A stretch of DNA of 64,000 nt from an uncultured delta proteobacterium (GCA_963733195.1 CAVTCR010000050.1:96001-160000); one strand, 5' to 3'. Positions 53,242 to 63,446 are shown, counted from the first letter of the stretch. A program made the numbers and translations. The notes: generated from the letters alone by a model not told the origin.

Positions 53242-54104
53242 CTACAAACCAATCCTGGCGGTGATGAGTTCAAAGTAATTCGGCAACCGTAGCCCATCCG
53301 TCCGACCCTGAAAATATAAGATCGTAGCTTCTGTGGGTGGACAGTGGAGGACCTGGGTAAAGCCCATGGCTCGAAGCTGCGCCTCAAGGGTTGTGGGCTC
53401 GAAAAAACTCTGCCAGGGTTCGCCTCGCTGGGCTGCAAGCTGGGAGGCCACGGTTACCCTGCCCGGTCTTCGGCACTCAAGGTAGACGGGGAGAGGATAA
53501 TCTGGAAGACGATCTCGCTGCCCGGGGCGGTGGACGAAGCAACATACTGCAAAGTACTGAGCACCGCTTCGGTCGTCAGGTACTGGGTGACTCCCAGCCA
53601 CGAAAAGAAGGCCGGTTCGTGGGGTTTGAACGGACTGGCCGCCATCCCTGCGGCTAGTGTGTGGACTTCAAAATCAATGGGAATGAACGTCAGGTTGTGA
53701 GGGAGGGCAATGCCGAGCTCTGCGAGCCGCTGCCGCTTCCATTGCTGTGTTGAAGGGTGGTCGACTTCGTAGACGTGCAAAGTCTGCCGCAGGTCAGAAC
53801 GGCGGTAGGCAAACGAGTCTAGCCCTGCTCCCAGAATCACATACTGCGAGATGCCCCGCGCGATGGCCTTGGCCAGTTCATCCTCGGCATAACGCTGGCG
53901 TACGACGAAGACGGCGCGCAGGGAGCGCATCTCAGGGGTTTGGAATATCTGAGGGGGAGTTTTGAGTACAGTCGCTTGTTCGGGACTGAGGAACGCCTCG
54001 GCCAGCGGGTCCGCAAAAATCTTCGGGTCATCGTCGAGTAAGAGATGCAACGCGCGCATGAGGGCTGTCGTTTCGGCTGTGCCACTAGGCCGGCTTGCTT
54101 CCAT
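53242..54104 (-). CDS. LCM-type class I SAM-dependent methyltransferase (frameshift near 53460)
   Basis: QYVILGAGLDSFAYR, EVDHP.TQ.WKR, WLGVTQYL; end GEPWQSFF in another frame. Confidence 0.88.
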
Positions 54105-54225
54105 ACTGTCTCCTTTCGTGTCTTCTGGAGCACTGCTCCCTTTCGGGTGGAACGTGTGCTTAGACGGGAAGTGCGTCCATCTAAATCAGACCATACAACA
54201 TTCGTACATCGTAGCACTTTCTGTG

Positions 54226-54311
54226 AAATCCTCCCTGTCCCTCCTTTGTCAAAGGAGGGAACCCGAAAGCCCCCTTTCGTAAAGGGGGCCGCGCGTAGCG
54301 CGGGGGGATTT
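54226..54311. repeat. Double-hairpin palindromic repeat (ctttNNNaaagg type), copy 1 of 3
   Basis: aaatcc..ctcctttgtcaaaggagg...cccctttcgtaaagggggccgcgc..gcgcggggggattt; also at 55723-55808 and inverted at 63318-63403. Confidence 0.85.
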
Positions 54312-54368
54312 TTCAACGTTTGGCTCTTACCCAGTGACCCTTCGTTGGTTCCTCCCATTTTCTCTCCT

Positions 54369-55664
54369 TCAGGCCTTTGAAACGCCAGCTGCGACTACCG
54401 GCTCTGCGGCTGCCTCCCGGATCCGATACGGCCCTAGTCGAGTCATTAACCCCGCGGCCGTCAGTGTTGCTACCACAAACGTCGCCAGCACCACACTGTA
54501 CGACCCCGTGGCATCGAACCCTGCTCCCATAAGAGGAGGGCCAACCACCCCGCCGAGACTAAAAGCGGCGAGGATATAGCCGTAAATCTCCCCAAACGCA
54601 CGCAGGCCAAAATAGCGACTTACCACATAGGGCATTACATCTAATTCTGCTCCCACACCCAAGGCTACTAGAACCACGGCCACAAATACCAAGCCGCCAA
54701 CCGCTCCACTCCACAACAGGAAAAGCCCTAGCGCGAGCCCACAAAAGAAACACGCTGCGACATACGGAGCAAAGAAGCGGTCGAGCAAGTACCCGATCCC
54801 GAGCCTGCCCAAAAATGATGTCCCGATAGCCAGCGACGCGGTCAAGGTCGCGCTCTGAGCCGAGAGACCCCGGTCGGTGAGCAAGGGCACCAGGTGAATC
54901 GCGTAACCATGGAAACTCACCGATATCAGGAAAAACGCACCGACCATGAGCCAAAAGGTGCCAGTATGCCAGCTCTCATGAAAGCTGAGTCCTTCCTCTG
55001 GACCGCACTGCGTGGAGGCCTCGGCCAGGCCAACGGCTCCACCATCTGGTGCCAATCCCATCATCTGGGGCGTTTCCTTGAGCAGGAGCCCGACCACCGG
55101 GATAGCCACGCCCATGGCTAAGAAGCCAAGCCACACGTAGGCGTGGCGCCAACCCACCGTGTCGATGAGGGCTTGCGTCAAGGATGGCATGATCGCTGCG
55201 CCCAGGGCGATTGCGGCCACGGACAACCCCAAGGCCAAGCCGCGCCTGCGGTCAAACCAGCGCGAGATCACCTTCCCGTATGGCACCGGCCCTGTCCCGC
55301 TGCCCACCACCCCCATGAACAGGTAGATGGCATAGAAGTGCCAGAGGTGGATCGAAAGGAAAGAAAGGGAGAAAACGGTCAAACCAAACAACAGGACGGC
55401 AGGCAAGATCACCCGCCGGGCGCCAAGGCGATCCACCAGCCAGCCGAGCAATGGTGTTGCCAAAGCTAGCCCCAGGGTGCCGAGGGAGAACGCGAGTGAG
55501 ATCTGAGTCCGGCTCCAGCCAAATTCCTGGCTCAAGGGTTTGAGGAAGACGCCAAAGGTGGGGACGATGATGGGGCCATAGCTCATGGCAAGCCCGACCC
55601 CTGACGCGAGCACGACCCACCAGCCGTAGAAGACCTTGCTGTTCTTTTGCCCCCTCGTTGCCAT
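54369..55664 (-). CDS. MFS transporter (OFA/MCT-like)
   Basis: VFYGWWVV, FGWSRTQIS, G.LVDRLGAR, WFDRRRGLALG; 12 TMs. Confidence 0.9.
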   Translation of the reverse strand: MATRGQKNSKVFYGWWVVLASGVGLAMSYGPIIVPTFGVFLKPLSQEFGWSRTQISLAFSLGTLGLALATPLLGWLVDRLGARRVILPAVLLFGLTVFSLSFLSIHLWHFYAIYLFMGVVGSGTGPVPYGKVISRWFDRRRGLALGLSVAAIALGAAIMPSLTQALIDTVGWRHAYVWLGFLAMGVAIPVVGLLLKETPQMMGLAPDGGAVGLAEASTQCGPEEGLSFHESWHTGTFWLMVGAFFLISVSFHGYAIHLVPLLTDRGLSAQSATLTASLAIGTSFLGRLGIGYLLDRFFAPYVAACFFCGLALGLFLLWSGAVGGLVFVAVVLVALGVGAELDVMPYVVSRYFGLRAFGEIYGYILAAFSLGGVVGPPLMGAGFDATGSYSVVLATFVVATLTAAGLMTRLGPYRIREAAAEPVVAAGVSKA

Positions 55665-55722
55665 AGACAGTTCCTCCTCAAATTCCTGGACGAGCCTGCC
55701 GGCCTGCCTGATACTATTGGTG

Positions 55723-55808
55723 AAATCCTCCCTATCCCTCCTTTGGCAAAGGAGGGGACCCAAAAGCCCCCTTTCGTAAAGGGGGCCGCGCAGAGCGCGG
55801 GGGGATTT
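55723..55808. repeat. Double-hairpin palindromic repeat, copy 2
   Basis: Near-identical to 54226-54311. Confidence 0.85.
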
Positions 55809-55853
55809 TATTCCGTTGCGATCTAGAAAAAACATTCGCCAACAGTATCCTGC

Positions 55854-57095
55854 TCACTCGAGTTCCTTGCCCTTAAGTTCCGGGATCAAAAACACCGTCG
55901 TGAGGATATCGAGGACGTAAATCGATGCGAGCAGAGCGATCGCGGTGTTAAACGAGTATTTCGCAGCTAAGACGCCGACCACTAACGGCCCCAGGCCACC
56001 CACGGCCCGGCCGATATTGAACAATACGTTCTGCGCCGTGGCGCGGGCGGCCGTAGGATACGCTTCCGACATCAGCGCGCCAATGCCACCTATCTTGCCA
56101 TTCACAAACATCCCCATGATCGCTCCCATCCACAGCAACGTGTGCGGGTCAGTGACCTGCGCATATAGATAGACCATGATCGCTGAGCCGATTTGGAACA
56201 CGATGAACAGCGGCTTGCGGCCAAGTCGGTCGGCGAGTTGGCCGAACACCCAGATGCCCACGGCCATGCCCAGCACGATACTCGCAGTCCAAAGCGCAGA
56301 CTTGGTGAAGCTAAGGCCCAGGCTCGTTGCCAGATAACTGGGCATCCAGGTCATGATGCCATAATAGGCGAAACAATGAACCGAACTCAGAATGACGAGG
56401 CCACAGGTCGTCCTGACTGTCTTCCTATCCTTTACGAGCAAACGAAACGAGTTCTCCTTCTTTGCGGCGTGTCTCTTGACGAAGATCTCCGGCTCATCGA
56501 GCGCGCGGCGGACGATGAACGCCACGAGTGCCGGCAGCAGGCCGACCAGGAACATCCCGCGCCAGCCGATCACTGGAAGCAGCAGCGGAGTGACGAACGC
56601 GGCCAGGAGCACTCCCACCTGCCACCCCAGTGCGACATAGGACGACACTCGGGCGCGCTTGCTGGCCGGCCAGGCTTCGGCGGCGAGCGCCATGCCGATA
56701 CCGAACTCACCACCCAGGCCAAGGCCAGCAATCATCCGGTAGACAGCCAGGTCCCAATAGCCCTGTGCAACAGCGCACAGACCCGTGAACCCGGCGAAGA
56801 GCAGAATCGTCCACGTCAGCACCCTGATGCGGCCAAAATGGTCACTCATGGTGCCAAAAATGAATCCGCCTGCCACAGCGCCCATCAACGTCCAGGTGAC
56901 GAGCGAGCCGGCCTGGGTGCTGGTCAGCGCGAGGTCCGCTGAGATGGCCGCAAGCATGAAGCCGAGAATCAACATATCGAACCCGTCCATGGCATAGCCA
57001 ATCACCGATCCGGCTAACGCTTTCCAGCCATACACGGTCACTCTGTCTTCCCCGCCTACGGTCGGCACGAACGTGTTACTCACTTGAAGTTCCAT
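55854..57095 (-). CDS. MFS transporter (NiaP/aromatic acid:H+ symporter-like)
   Basis: GYAMDGFD, SDHFGR, GLGLGGEFG, ADRLGRK, E.YPT.ARAT. Confidence 0.9.
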   Translation of the reverse strand: MELQVSNTFVPTVGGEDRVTVYGWKALAGSVIGYAMDGFDMLILGFMLAAISADLALTSTQAGSLVTWTLMGAVAGGFIFGTMSDHFGRIRVLTWTILLFAGFTGLCAVAQGYWDLAVYRMIAGLGLGGEFGIGMALAAEAWPASKRARVSSYVALGWQVGVLLAAFVTPLLLPVIGWRGMFLVGLLPALVAFIVRRALDEPEIFVKRHAAKKENSFRLLVKDRKTVRTTCGLVILSSVHCFAYYGIMTWMPSYLATSLGLSFTKSALWTASIVLGMAVGIWVFGQLADRLGRKPLFIVFQIGSAIMVYLYAQVTDPHTLLWMGAIMGMFVNGKIGGIGALMSEAYPTAARATAQNVLFNIGRAVGGLGPLVVGVLAAKYSFNTAIALLASIYVLDILTTVFLIPELKGKELE

Positions 57096-57212
57096 ATAAC
57101 TTGATGTCTCCGGATCTGAGCAACGTAGGGTGGGTCACGTCCACCCTACAAAAATCAATCCCGTCTTGCAAAGCTGCTTCCGCTTCCTGCATAATGCGCG
57201 AGAGGAATTACC

Positions 57213-57353
57213 ATGAGAGCCTTGAATCCGAAAGTAAAAATCGAGCGCCCCGAGCGCGAACAGGTCAGTCGGGAAGAAGCCTTGAAGCGAGTCAAAGCGT
57301 TTCCCAAACGCAAGGAGAAGCTCATTGCCGCTATTAGAAAAGGTACGCATTGA
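57213..57353 (+). CDS. Small basic hypothetical protein, 46 aa (not in the ORF track)
   Basis: RBS GAGGA, ATG 57213, MRALNPKVKIERPEREQVSREEALKRVKAFPKRKEKLIAAIRKGTH; overlaps the next ORF. Confidence 0.55.
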   Translation: MRALNPKVKIERPEREQVSREEALKRVKAFPKRKEKLIAAIRKGTH

Positions 57354-57657
57354 ACTTTTCATTCCTGACTTGCCAGATCCAATTTACAGCCGCCTGCTGG
57401 AAGAGCTGGGCGACGAGTTGAGCTATGCCTTCGGTGGTTGCACTGTGACTCCCACACAAGGCAAGTATCGTTCGACTGCTGGCTCTATCTTGCCTGATAA
57501 GATCAATATCCTCTTCACCGATACGCCCTTTTATTGGGACAAGGATCGGCTGCTGCTTGAGCAATATGCCATGGCCTTGCATCAAGTCGTTCAGCAGGTC
57601 CTCAGTAATGAGCAGGCAATTCTGATCGCTGTGTATCCGGTTTATCACATCGAGTAA
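57325..57657 (+). CDS. Hypothetical 110-aa alpha/beta protein
   Basis: Compact globular-looking ORF with FGGCT...GKY motif, coupled to the small upstream ORF. Confidence 0.6.
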   Translation: MPLLEKVRIELFIPDLPDPIYSRLLEELGDELSYAFGGCTVTPTQGKYRSTAGSILPDKINILFTDTPFYWDKDRLLLEQYAMALHQVVQQVLSNEQAILIAVYPVYHIE

Positions 57658-57716
57658 CTACTCTCTCAGCGGGAGTAAGGTGCTTCTCCCTTCCCCTGCC
57701 ACAAGGCCCCACGTGG

Positions 57717-58100
57717 TTATTTCTTCGCTTCGGAGACCTGATAGTTTTTGGCTGTCGGCTCTTCCTGCATCAAGGGTCTGTTCTTCTCATTCAGCGCTTT
57801 CCGCGCGTCGGATTTGAGAAACGCCTCGATCTCCGCTTGGCTGTTCCACAGTGTGACTGCGACAATTTCCCCCGTCGCAGGATCCGATCCCACCTTGAAC
57901 CACTGAATACCCTTCGCAGCAGCAAGCAACTGCGTCATACCCTCAACGATCTTCGGCTGTTGGTCCCGCTTGTCTGGTAACACGGTAGTCGTGAAGACTC
58001 TGAGTACTTGCCCGGTGGCAGGGTGCTGGGCGGTGCTCATGGCTATCCACGTGACCATGAAGGTGAACGCTAACATAAGCGCGAATAATTTCTGAGCCAT
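57717..58100 (-). CDS. Exported ABM (antibiotic biosynthesis monooxygenase)-like dimeric alpha-beta barrel protein
   Basis: RBS GGAGG, signal peptide, E.VAVTLW.S.AE.EAF..S. Confidence 0.65.
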   Translation of the reverse strand: MAQKLFALMLAFTFMVTWIAMSTAQHPATGQVLRVFTTTVLPDKRDQQPKIVEGMTQLLAAAKGIQWFKVGSDPATGEIVAVTLWNSQAEIEAFLKSDARKALNEKNRPLMQEEPTAKNYQVSEAKK

Positions 58101-58416
58101 ACGTGATTTCCTCCTTTGGCAAACCTGAGTGTTCTGAAAGCTCCTGGCCCAGCGGCCAGGCGGACGTGTCGCTCGATGCCAAGCGCTTCTCCCGGTGGAC
58201 CGCGCGCTGCCAGCAGGGTGTCAATGCCACTCCGTGCCGGCACGAACTGGAGGTTCCGCCACTGCCAACTGGCCACTTTCTTCCTCCTCTGCACGTGCTA
58301 TCCTGTGTGCTCCGCGATGCACATCCAATTATTATTGCACGTCACGGATTGTTTCTATTCCAGATCCCTGGATTCCGTTGCACTCCATCCAGGCTACGGC
58401 ACTTCGCTGTCTCCTC

Positions 58417-59706
58417 TCAGCGATCATTTAAGAGCGGCGGATGTGCGAGATAGGATTCCGCCAGTTTCCTCCCAGTCGCGCGCATGAGTTGTTGGTCCTC
58501 CTCCGCCGTCGGTGCAGGAGGGACGCGTACGACGGTGTCATTGCAGTATGTCGGGATAAGCTTGCCGGCATCTCGGCACAGGCCGTCGGGAGTTTGCCCT
58601 GCCTGGATTGCGTGAATCCCCCGCCGGAGCTGTTGCCGGAACATGATGACACCGCGATCCGTGGCCCCCAGATGCTCCAGGTCGTGGATGGCAATGGGCC
58701 GCTGACTGACCTGAGCTTCATAGTCACCGGGTTGCCGCTGGCCCGCCTCGTAGGTGTCAGCGGGGATCTGTCCGGGGGCCATGTCACCATTAGCCCACCA
58801 CGCCGGCGTGGCGCCTGAGGTCTCGCTCACGTGCCGGAGCTCGATGAGCATGGTAGTGGTGTCGTCCGTAGGCACAATCCAGCGGCTCATCATCGGGCCA
58901 CTGAAGGGATGCTCCTGGTAACCATTTTCCCAGATCGGGCACACCTGCTGCAGGTTCGGTAAGACGTTTTCCACCATGCGCGCCCAGATATTGTCCCCTA
59001 CTCGGCGGGTTGCCACATAGATCATGCCGACAGGAGTTTCAGCGAAATCCATTTCTGGTATCTTGCCAAACTCGTCGGTAAACTGGGAGCCGCTGACGAT
59101 GGTATGGAGAAATGCCGTGTGGACAGGGTCCATGGCGTTTTCCAGGATCTGCAGCCAGTTACACGGATAGCAATATTTGGGGCCAGGCATGAGTCGATAG
59201 CCTGGTCGGCTGAAACTATCGTACACGGGGAATGGTGGCTGCTCCTCCGGTGGTCCCATATAGGCAAACACGATCCCATTGTACTCGTGGGTCGGGTAGG
59301 CGCCGTGGCAGAGCCGGTCCTTCAGGGTGCTCGTGGTCGGCTCGCCTGGGGTTTCCAGGATGGTCCCGTCTACGTCGAAGAGCCAGCCGTGGTAGCAGCA
59401 CCGGATCCCCCTTTCAGAGATTAGTCCAAATTCTAGAGAGGTCCCCCGGTGCGGACAGTGTAACTCCAGGAGCCCCACGGTACCCCGGAAGTCACGGAAC
59501 ACTACGAGATCCTCCCCCAAGATCCTGACGCGTAGCGGGAGATCGCGCAGTTCGTCGGCAAAGCAAATGGGCTGCCAGAAGCGGCGCAAGTATTCCCCGC
59601 ACGGCGTTCCGGGGCCACTATGTGTGAGTTCTGTGTCTTCCTGGGGGACATCACGGTGATAATAGCCGCCATAGCGTGTAGTCAAGAAAGGTGCTCGGGT
59701 TGCCAT
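58417..59706 (-). CDS. Rieske non-heme iron oxygenase alpha subunit (phthalate 4,5-dioxygenase-like)
   Basis: GPGTPCGEYLRRFWQP, CPHRG...CCYHGW Rieske motif, CNW.Q..EN..DP.H..FLH, EHLG.TD.G. Confidence 0.92.
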   Translation of the reverse strand: MATRAPFLTTRYGGYYHRDVPQEDTELTHSGPGTPCGEYLRRFWQPICFADELRDLPLRVRILGEDLVVFRDFRGTVGLLELHCPHRGTSLEFGLISERGIRCCYHGWLFDVDGTILETPGEPTTSTLKDRLCHGAYPTHEYNGIVFAYMGPPEEQPPFPVYDSFSRPGYRLMPGPKYCYPCNWLQILENAMDPVHTAFLHTIVSGSQFTDEFGKIPEMDFAETPVGMIYVATRRVGDNIWARMVENVLPNLQQVCPIWENGYQEHPFSGPMMSRWIVPTDDTTTMLIELRHVSETSGATPAWWANGDMAPGQIPADTYEAGQRQPGDYEAQVSQRPIAIHDLEHLGATDRGVIMFRQQLRRGIHAIQAGQTPDGLCRDAGKLIPTYCNDTVVRVPPAPTAEEDQQLMRATGRKLAESYLAHPPLLNDR

Positions 59707-59798
59707 ATTCGTTCTCCTTTCCATCATATAAAGCCTGTTAGTGACCAGTTCCGTACGCAATTGATAACTGGACGTCTGCTCCTAACGCTGCGTCAAGA

Positions 59799-60210
59799 CT
59801 ACTTCCATTCGCACACCGCCCCCTTAATCATCTCTGCCGTCGGGTCAGCCTCGAATTCCACCGCCCCCACAAACCCGTTGAGCCAGCTTAGTTCTGGTGC
59901 GGCGCTCCGGTACGTCGCCGTCCCCCGGCCACGACCCCGAGGTCCCGCACCGGTGGGCGCCAGCACCCCTTGCCCGTTTATCTCAATCCTCGCCCCCGCG
60001 GGAGGTGAAATTCGCCCCCACATACGACCACCGCCGCGTCGTCCCTGGCACCCCCTCGATGGTTAAGGTCCCAAACCCCCGACCGCTGATCCGGCCATTA
60101 GTTTCTGCCGCGACGTTGACTTCGGCCTTGGTCATCTCGCCCCCGACGGGGGAGTAGTTAATTGAAGTCACTTTCAGCGTGAATTCACCAACGATTTCTC
60201 CTAGTGGCAT
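59799..60210 (-). CDS. Small beta-rich hypothetical protein, paralog 1 (frameshifted)
   Basis: MPLGEIVGEFTLK...AVEFEAD....IKG...EWK across ORFs 59983-60246 and 59799-60023. Confidence 0.65.
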
Positions 60211-60370
60211 ACACACCCCCTTTGTTCTTGGGTTGAGCTCCAGCAACCCTGTTACCGTACGGAATTGGTCACTCAGTCGTCATACCCCTTTGTCCTGAAA
60301 CACAGAAGCCTTTAGGCAAAAGCACTTTCACTCATATAGCCCCACAGAGAACCATCTGACTTTGTTTATC

Positions 60371-60439
60371 ACCCTCTGACGACTGGCAGGTCAGCGGCAC
60401 CGCCTCAGTGGCGTCCGTTGCAACCGCGGGTTAGAGGGT
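60371..60439 (-). other. Degenerate integron attC-like site
   Basis: Minus strand CTCTAAC-ccgcg-gttgcaacggac-gccactgaggcggt-gccgctgacc-tgccagtc-GTCAGAG; R'' intact, R' GTT changed to GTC. Confidence 0.6.
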
Positions 60440-60482
60440 GTCTACAAAGCTTGCAGATGAGGGCTCCGTGCGAATTTGACAG

Positions 60483-60944
60483 TTAGTTTCCCGCCGGCAT
60501 CCACGAAAGATGGCTCGCGACCCGCACCCATTTCCCATCAGATTTGGCGTAGACGATCGTGTAACGGACGTAATGCGTTTCGAGCGGTCCTCCCTTGGGT
60601 TTGATCCTCGCAAGCCCCATGCCCCCAAGCGAGTCCAGTGGTACCGATCACGCGGAATTGGGGATTGATGGGGGTAAAGCTCTGACTCTCGCGGCTACTG
60701 ACGACGTTTGGAGAACTTGTTGCTGAGCTGCTTTGCCATCCACTGGAAACGGTGAAGAGGTACCAAACGTCACACTTTGATCGTGCGCTGACGCCATGAA
60801 CCCATCGACATCAAGAGCATTGAGCGCCTTCAATCCTTGTTCAAAGGCCGCTTTGAGATCATCGACATCTGCGCCACGGACAGTTGCTGGAACACAAACA
60901 ACCACAATCAGCACTAGAGCACAAATAGTTCGTTTGTACGTCAT
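60483..60944 (-). CDS. Exported SnoaL/NTF2-like (DUF4440) protein, frameshifted
   Basis: Signal peptide, DLKAAF....KALNA.D.DG; other frames give INPQFRVIG.TG and RYTIVYAKSDGKW...ASHLS. Confidence 0.7.
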
Positions 60945-61229
60945 ATCGTTTCCTTCTTATTCTTTAGGCTGGTTTCCCATCACCTTGTCTCCTTCGACAG
61001 GCTGGAGTTGTCGTTGCGGAACCAGTGGAACCACAGTACCTCAAGGGCAACGAGGATTGCCGCAAGTCCGACAATGCCACCGAACATAATGGTCAACAGG
61101 TGGAGCACCTCCGGGTCATCCACGGCGATAGTAGTCAGACTAGGGTGCATCCCAATCCCACATCGTGGGTTCTCCCCAGTGAGTGTGGAAGTACTGGTAG
61201 GATGGGTCATCCCACCTACCAGCTTGTGA

Positions 61230-61641
61230 CTACTTCCACTCGTAGGCGGTCCCTTTGATCGTCATCGCTGTCGGGTCCATCTCGAACTCAACGGCTCCAA
61301 GTAGGCCGTTGAATGCAGCCAGCTTGGGGTCGTCGGTGGTGTAACACGCAGCGCCACGATAGCGCATTTTGTGACCTTCGCCGGTCCGTATGCCGACCCC
61401 ACGCCCGGACATACGTACCACGGCACCTGAAGCGGCCAGGATCGTGCCCGTACTCGTATAGGTCACGGCTAGCACCGGTAATCCCTTCGACTACCATGGT
61501 GGCAAACCCTTGTCCCGGCACTTGACCCTTCACTTCGCCGGTCGAATCGACCTCGAGTCGTCTCTGACCACCGCCAAGATCGGTGATCCTGACAGACGTC
61601 ATTTTGGCAACAACTTCACCCAGAGCATTCCCGAATGGCAT
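61230..61641 (-). CDS. Small beta-rich hypothetical protein, paralog 2 (frameshifted)
   Basis: MPFGNALGEV..K...GAVEFEMD....IKGTAYEWK. Confidence 0.65.
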
Positions 61642-61756
61642 AACACACCTCCTGTTAGATTGAATTGCTCGAAAAGACTTCAGGCTTTTCTGCCTTTTGT
61701 GATTAGTGGTAGGGTGACATGTCCCACTCTACAGATCAGAAACCCTACCTATGCGA

Positions 61757-62137
61757 TCAGCTCCTCTCGGATAACTTCCCGCTCCACGAGCGCGTAGCCA
61801 GATCAAGCTCGCCTTCAACGCCTATGTTGCGACCATCGGAGATTTGGATGAACCCCTGAGTGCGCCATCGATTAGTACCACCACTACTAAATGTCCCCTG
61901 GCCGTTACCGGTGACGCTGTCGCCGTTATCTAAGTAGGCTGCCGCACACCAACTCCAGGTCCCGTTCTTCTGCCCAGCGCTCGTCGCAGTCATTGTGCCG
62001 AGAACGGCCCCAAAGCCCGTCGCAGTACCCTCGAAGTTCCCTTGCACGATTACGCTCCCAGCAGGGCCAGGAGTGAGCGTGAACGAGGTTGCCTTGAGCG
62101 AAAATTCTCCTGCCTGTTTTCCCGATGCCATACTCAT
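61757..62137 (-). CDS. Small beta-rich hypothetical protein, paralog 3
   Basis: RBS GGAGG; GKQAGEFSLKA...NFEG...GTWSW...SDGR...VEGELDLATR. Confidence 0.7.
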   Translation of the reverse strand: MSMASGKQAGEFSLKATSFTLTPGPAGSVIVQGNFEGTATGFGAVLGTMTATSAGQKNGTWSWCAAAYLDNGDSVTGNGQGTFSSGGTNRWRTQGFIQISDGRNIGVEGELDLATRSWSGKLSERS

Positions 62138-62211
62138 GTCCTCCTTTGGTTGAAGAGGCGGGTAGAACCTGACACCCGCCAAAAACTAGTTTGTCGCAAA
62201 TCCTGAATGGG

Positions 62212-62598
62212 CTATTTCCACTCGTATACCTTCCCGGCCATCGTCCGCGTAGCCAGATCACCATCAAACTCGACGGCGGTGACGCGGCCATCGGAACCCT
62301 GACCAGTCCCACGGTATCGCCACTTGTTGGGAGCGCTCTCTTCCCACGTCCCGTGACCTGTGACTCCGGTGCTGCCGCCATTGTTGAGGAACGTCAGCCC
62401 ACAGTAGCTCCACGTTCCGCTCTTCGCGCCCGGCTCGAGCGCGACAGTCAATGTCCCTACACCGGTTCCCGCTCCTTGATCTCCCGACACTGGTCCTTCG
62501 AAATTCCCCTGAATAGTAAACGCACTGCCGGGACCGGGGCTCACCGTGAATGCTACTGCCTTGAGCGAAAATTCTCCTATCGCTTTTCCTAATGCCAT
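62212..62598 (-). CDS. Small beta-rich hypothetical protein, paralog 4
   Basis: RBS GGAGG; MALGKAIGEFSLKA...NFEG...GTWSY...SDGR..AVEFDGDLATR...YEWK. Confidence 0.72.
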   Translation of the reverse strand: MALGKAIGEFSLKAVAFTVSPGPGSAFTIQGNFEGPVSGDQGAGTGVGTLTVALEPGAKSGTWSYCGLTFLNNGGSTGVTGHGTWEESAPNKWRYRGTGQGSDGRVTAVEFDGDLATRTMAGKVYEWK

Positions 62599-62804
62599 AT
62601 ACTGTTCCTCCTTATGTTGAGGTCTTGGTCCCTCTGCCATCTGTCCGCCACGCTGTCCAAGGCTACAAGGAGCAACGCGGTGGTGCACGCGCTCCCTGGA
62701 CACCTCGGCCAGCTTTGCCGTTTCGCAGTGGTCGCCTCATTGTGATACACCTACAGGATGTTGCAGGACTTAGCGGTGTTAAGGAGAACTCCAGCTCACG
62801 TCGC

Positions 62805-63233
62805 TTAGCCTAGGATCTGCACGGTCGGCAGATAGAGAATCCCCACTGTGGGACGATATTCGCGGAGCAGCCCCGAAACCTCGACCTCCTTAAAGAGATT
62901 CTCTTCGGCAGCTAATGTCTCGAATACTTGATCTTCGCTGTTCATCCACAACGAGTGATACGGTAGCGCCTCTGCTCCTACTGTGACTTCTATCACGACT
63001 TGCCCGAGTCGATGATTGAGGCGATAGAAGCGAGAGAATGTATTGCCATGTGCTGTGCTAGGGGGTTGCTTTGCACAGAGCACATGACCTCTGAACTGCA
63101 CCCAGCCTTTTCCTGGCACCGAGCCAATTCGACCCCACGCGCCGCCATACTCTTGGCCGCCTTTTGCCAGGCTGGCCCACAGGAAAAGCGCCATGCCAAT
63201 ACTCAGTATCGACGCGCTTCGGGTTCTCTTCAT
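62805..63233 (-). CDS. Secreted hypothetical protein
   Basis: RBS GAGG, signal peptide, clean 142-aa ORF. Confidence 0.55.
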   Translation of the reverse strand: MKRTRSASILSIGMALFLWASLAKGGQEYGGAWGRIGSVPGKGWVQFRGHVLCAKQPPSTAHGNTFSRFYRLNHRLGQVVIEVTVGAEALPYHSLWMNSEDQVFETLAAEENLFKEVEVSGLLREYRPTVGILYLPTVQILG

Positions 63234-63317
63234 GACCAGCCTCTTTTTCTTGCGACTGTTCCTGGCGGCGGTCGTTGTCTAAATTGAACCACATGCGATT
63301 GGTACAGTGCGGACAGA

Positions 63318-63403
63318 AATCCCCTCGCGCTCCGCGCGGCCCCCTTTGCAAAAGGGGGCATCCGAGGTTCCCTCCTTTGCTAAAGGAGGGATAGGGAGGA
63401 TTT
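63318..63403. repeat. Double-hairpin palindromic repeat, copy 3 (inverted)
   Basis: aaatcccctcgcgc..gcgcggccccctttgcaaaaggggg...ctcctttgctaaaggagggatagggaggattt. Confidence 0.85.
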
Positions 63404-63446
63404 ATCCCCCTTAATCACAAAGTGGACGAATGTTTTGTGATCTGCT

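Noticed and set aside
24780-54104. Programmed frameshifting or mass pseudogenisation (pccB, hemY, hemH, topoisomerase B and others)
   Set aside because: Single-base indels hit many conserved genes with no shared slippery motif; uncorrected long-read errors are the simpler explanation
56193-56942. Long antisense ORFs (this 249-aa one, also 134-781 and 4482-5054)
   Set aside because: They are shadows of well-supported genes on the other strand or frame and have no recognisable motifs
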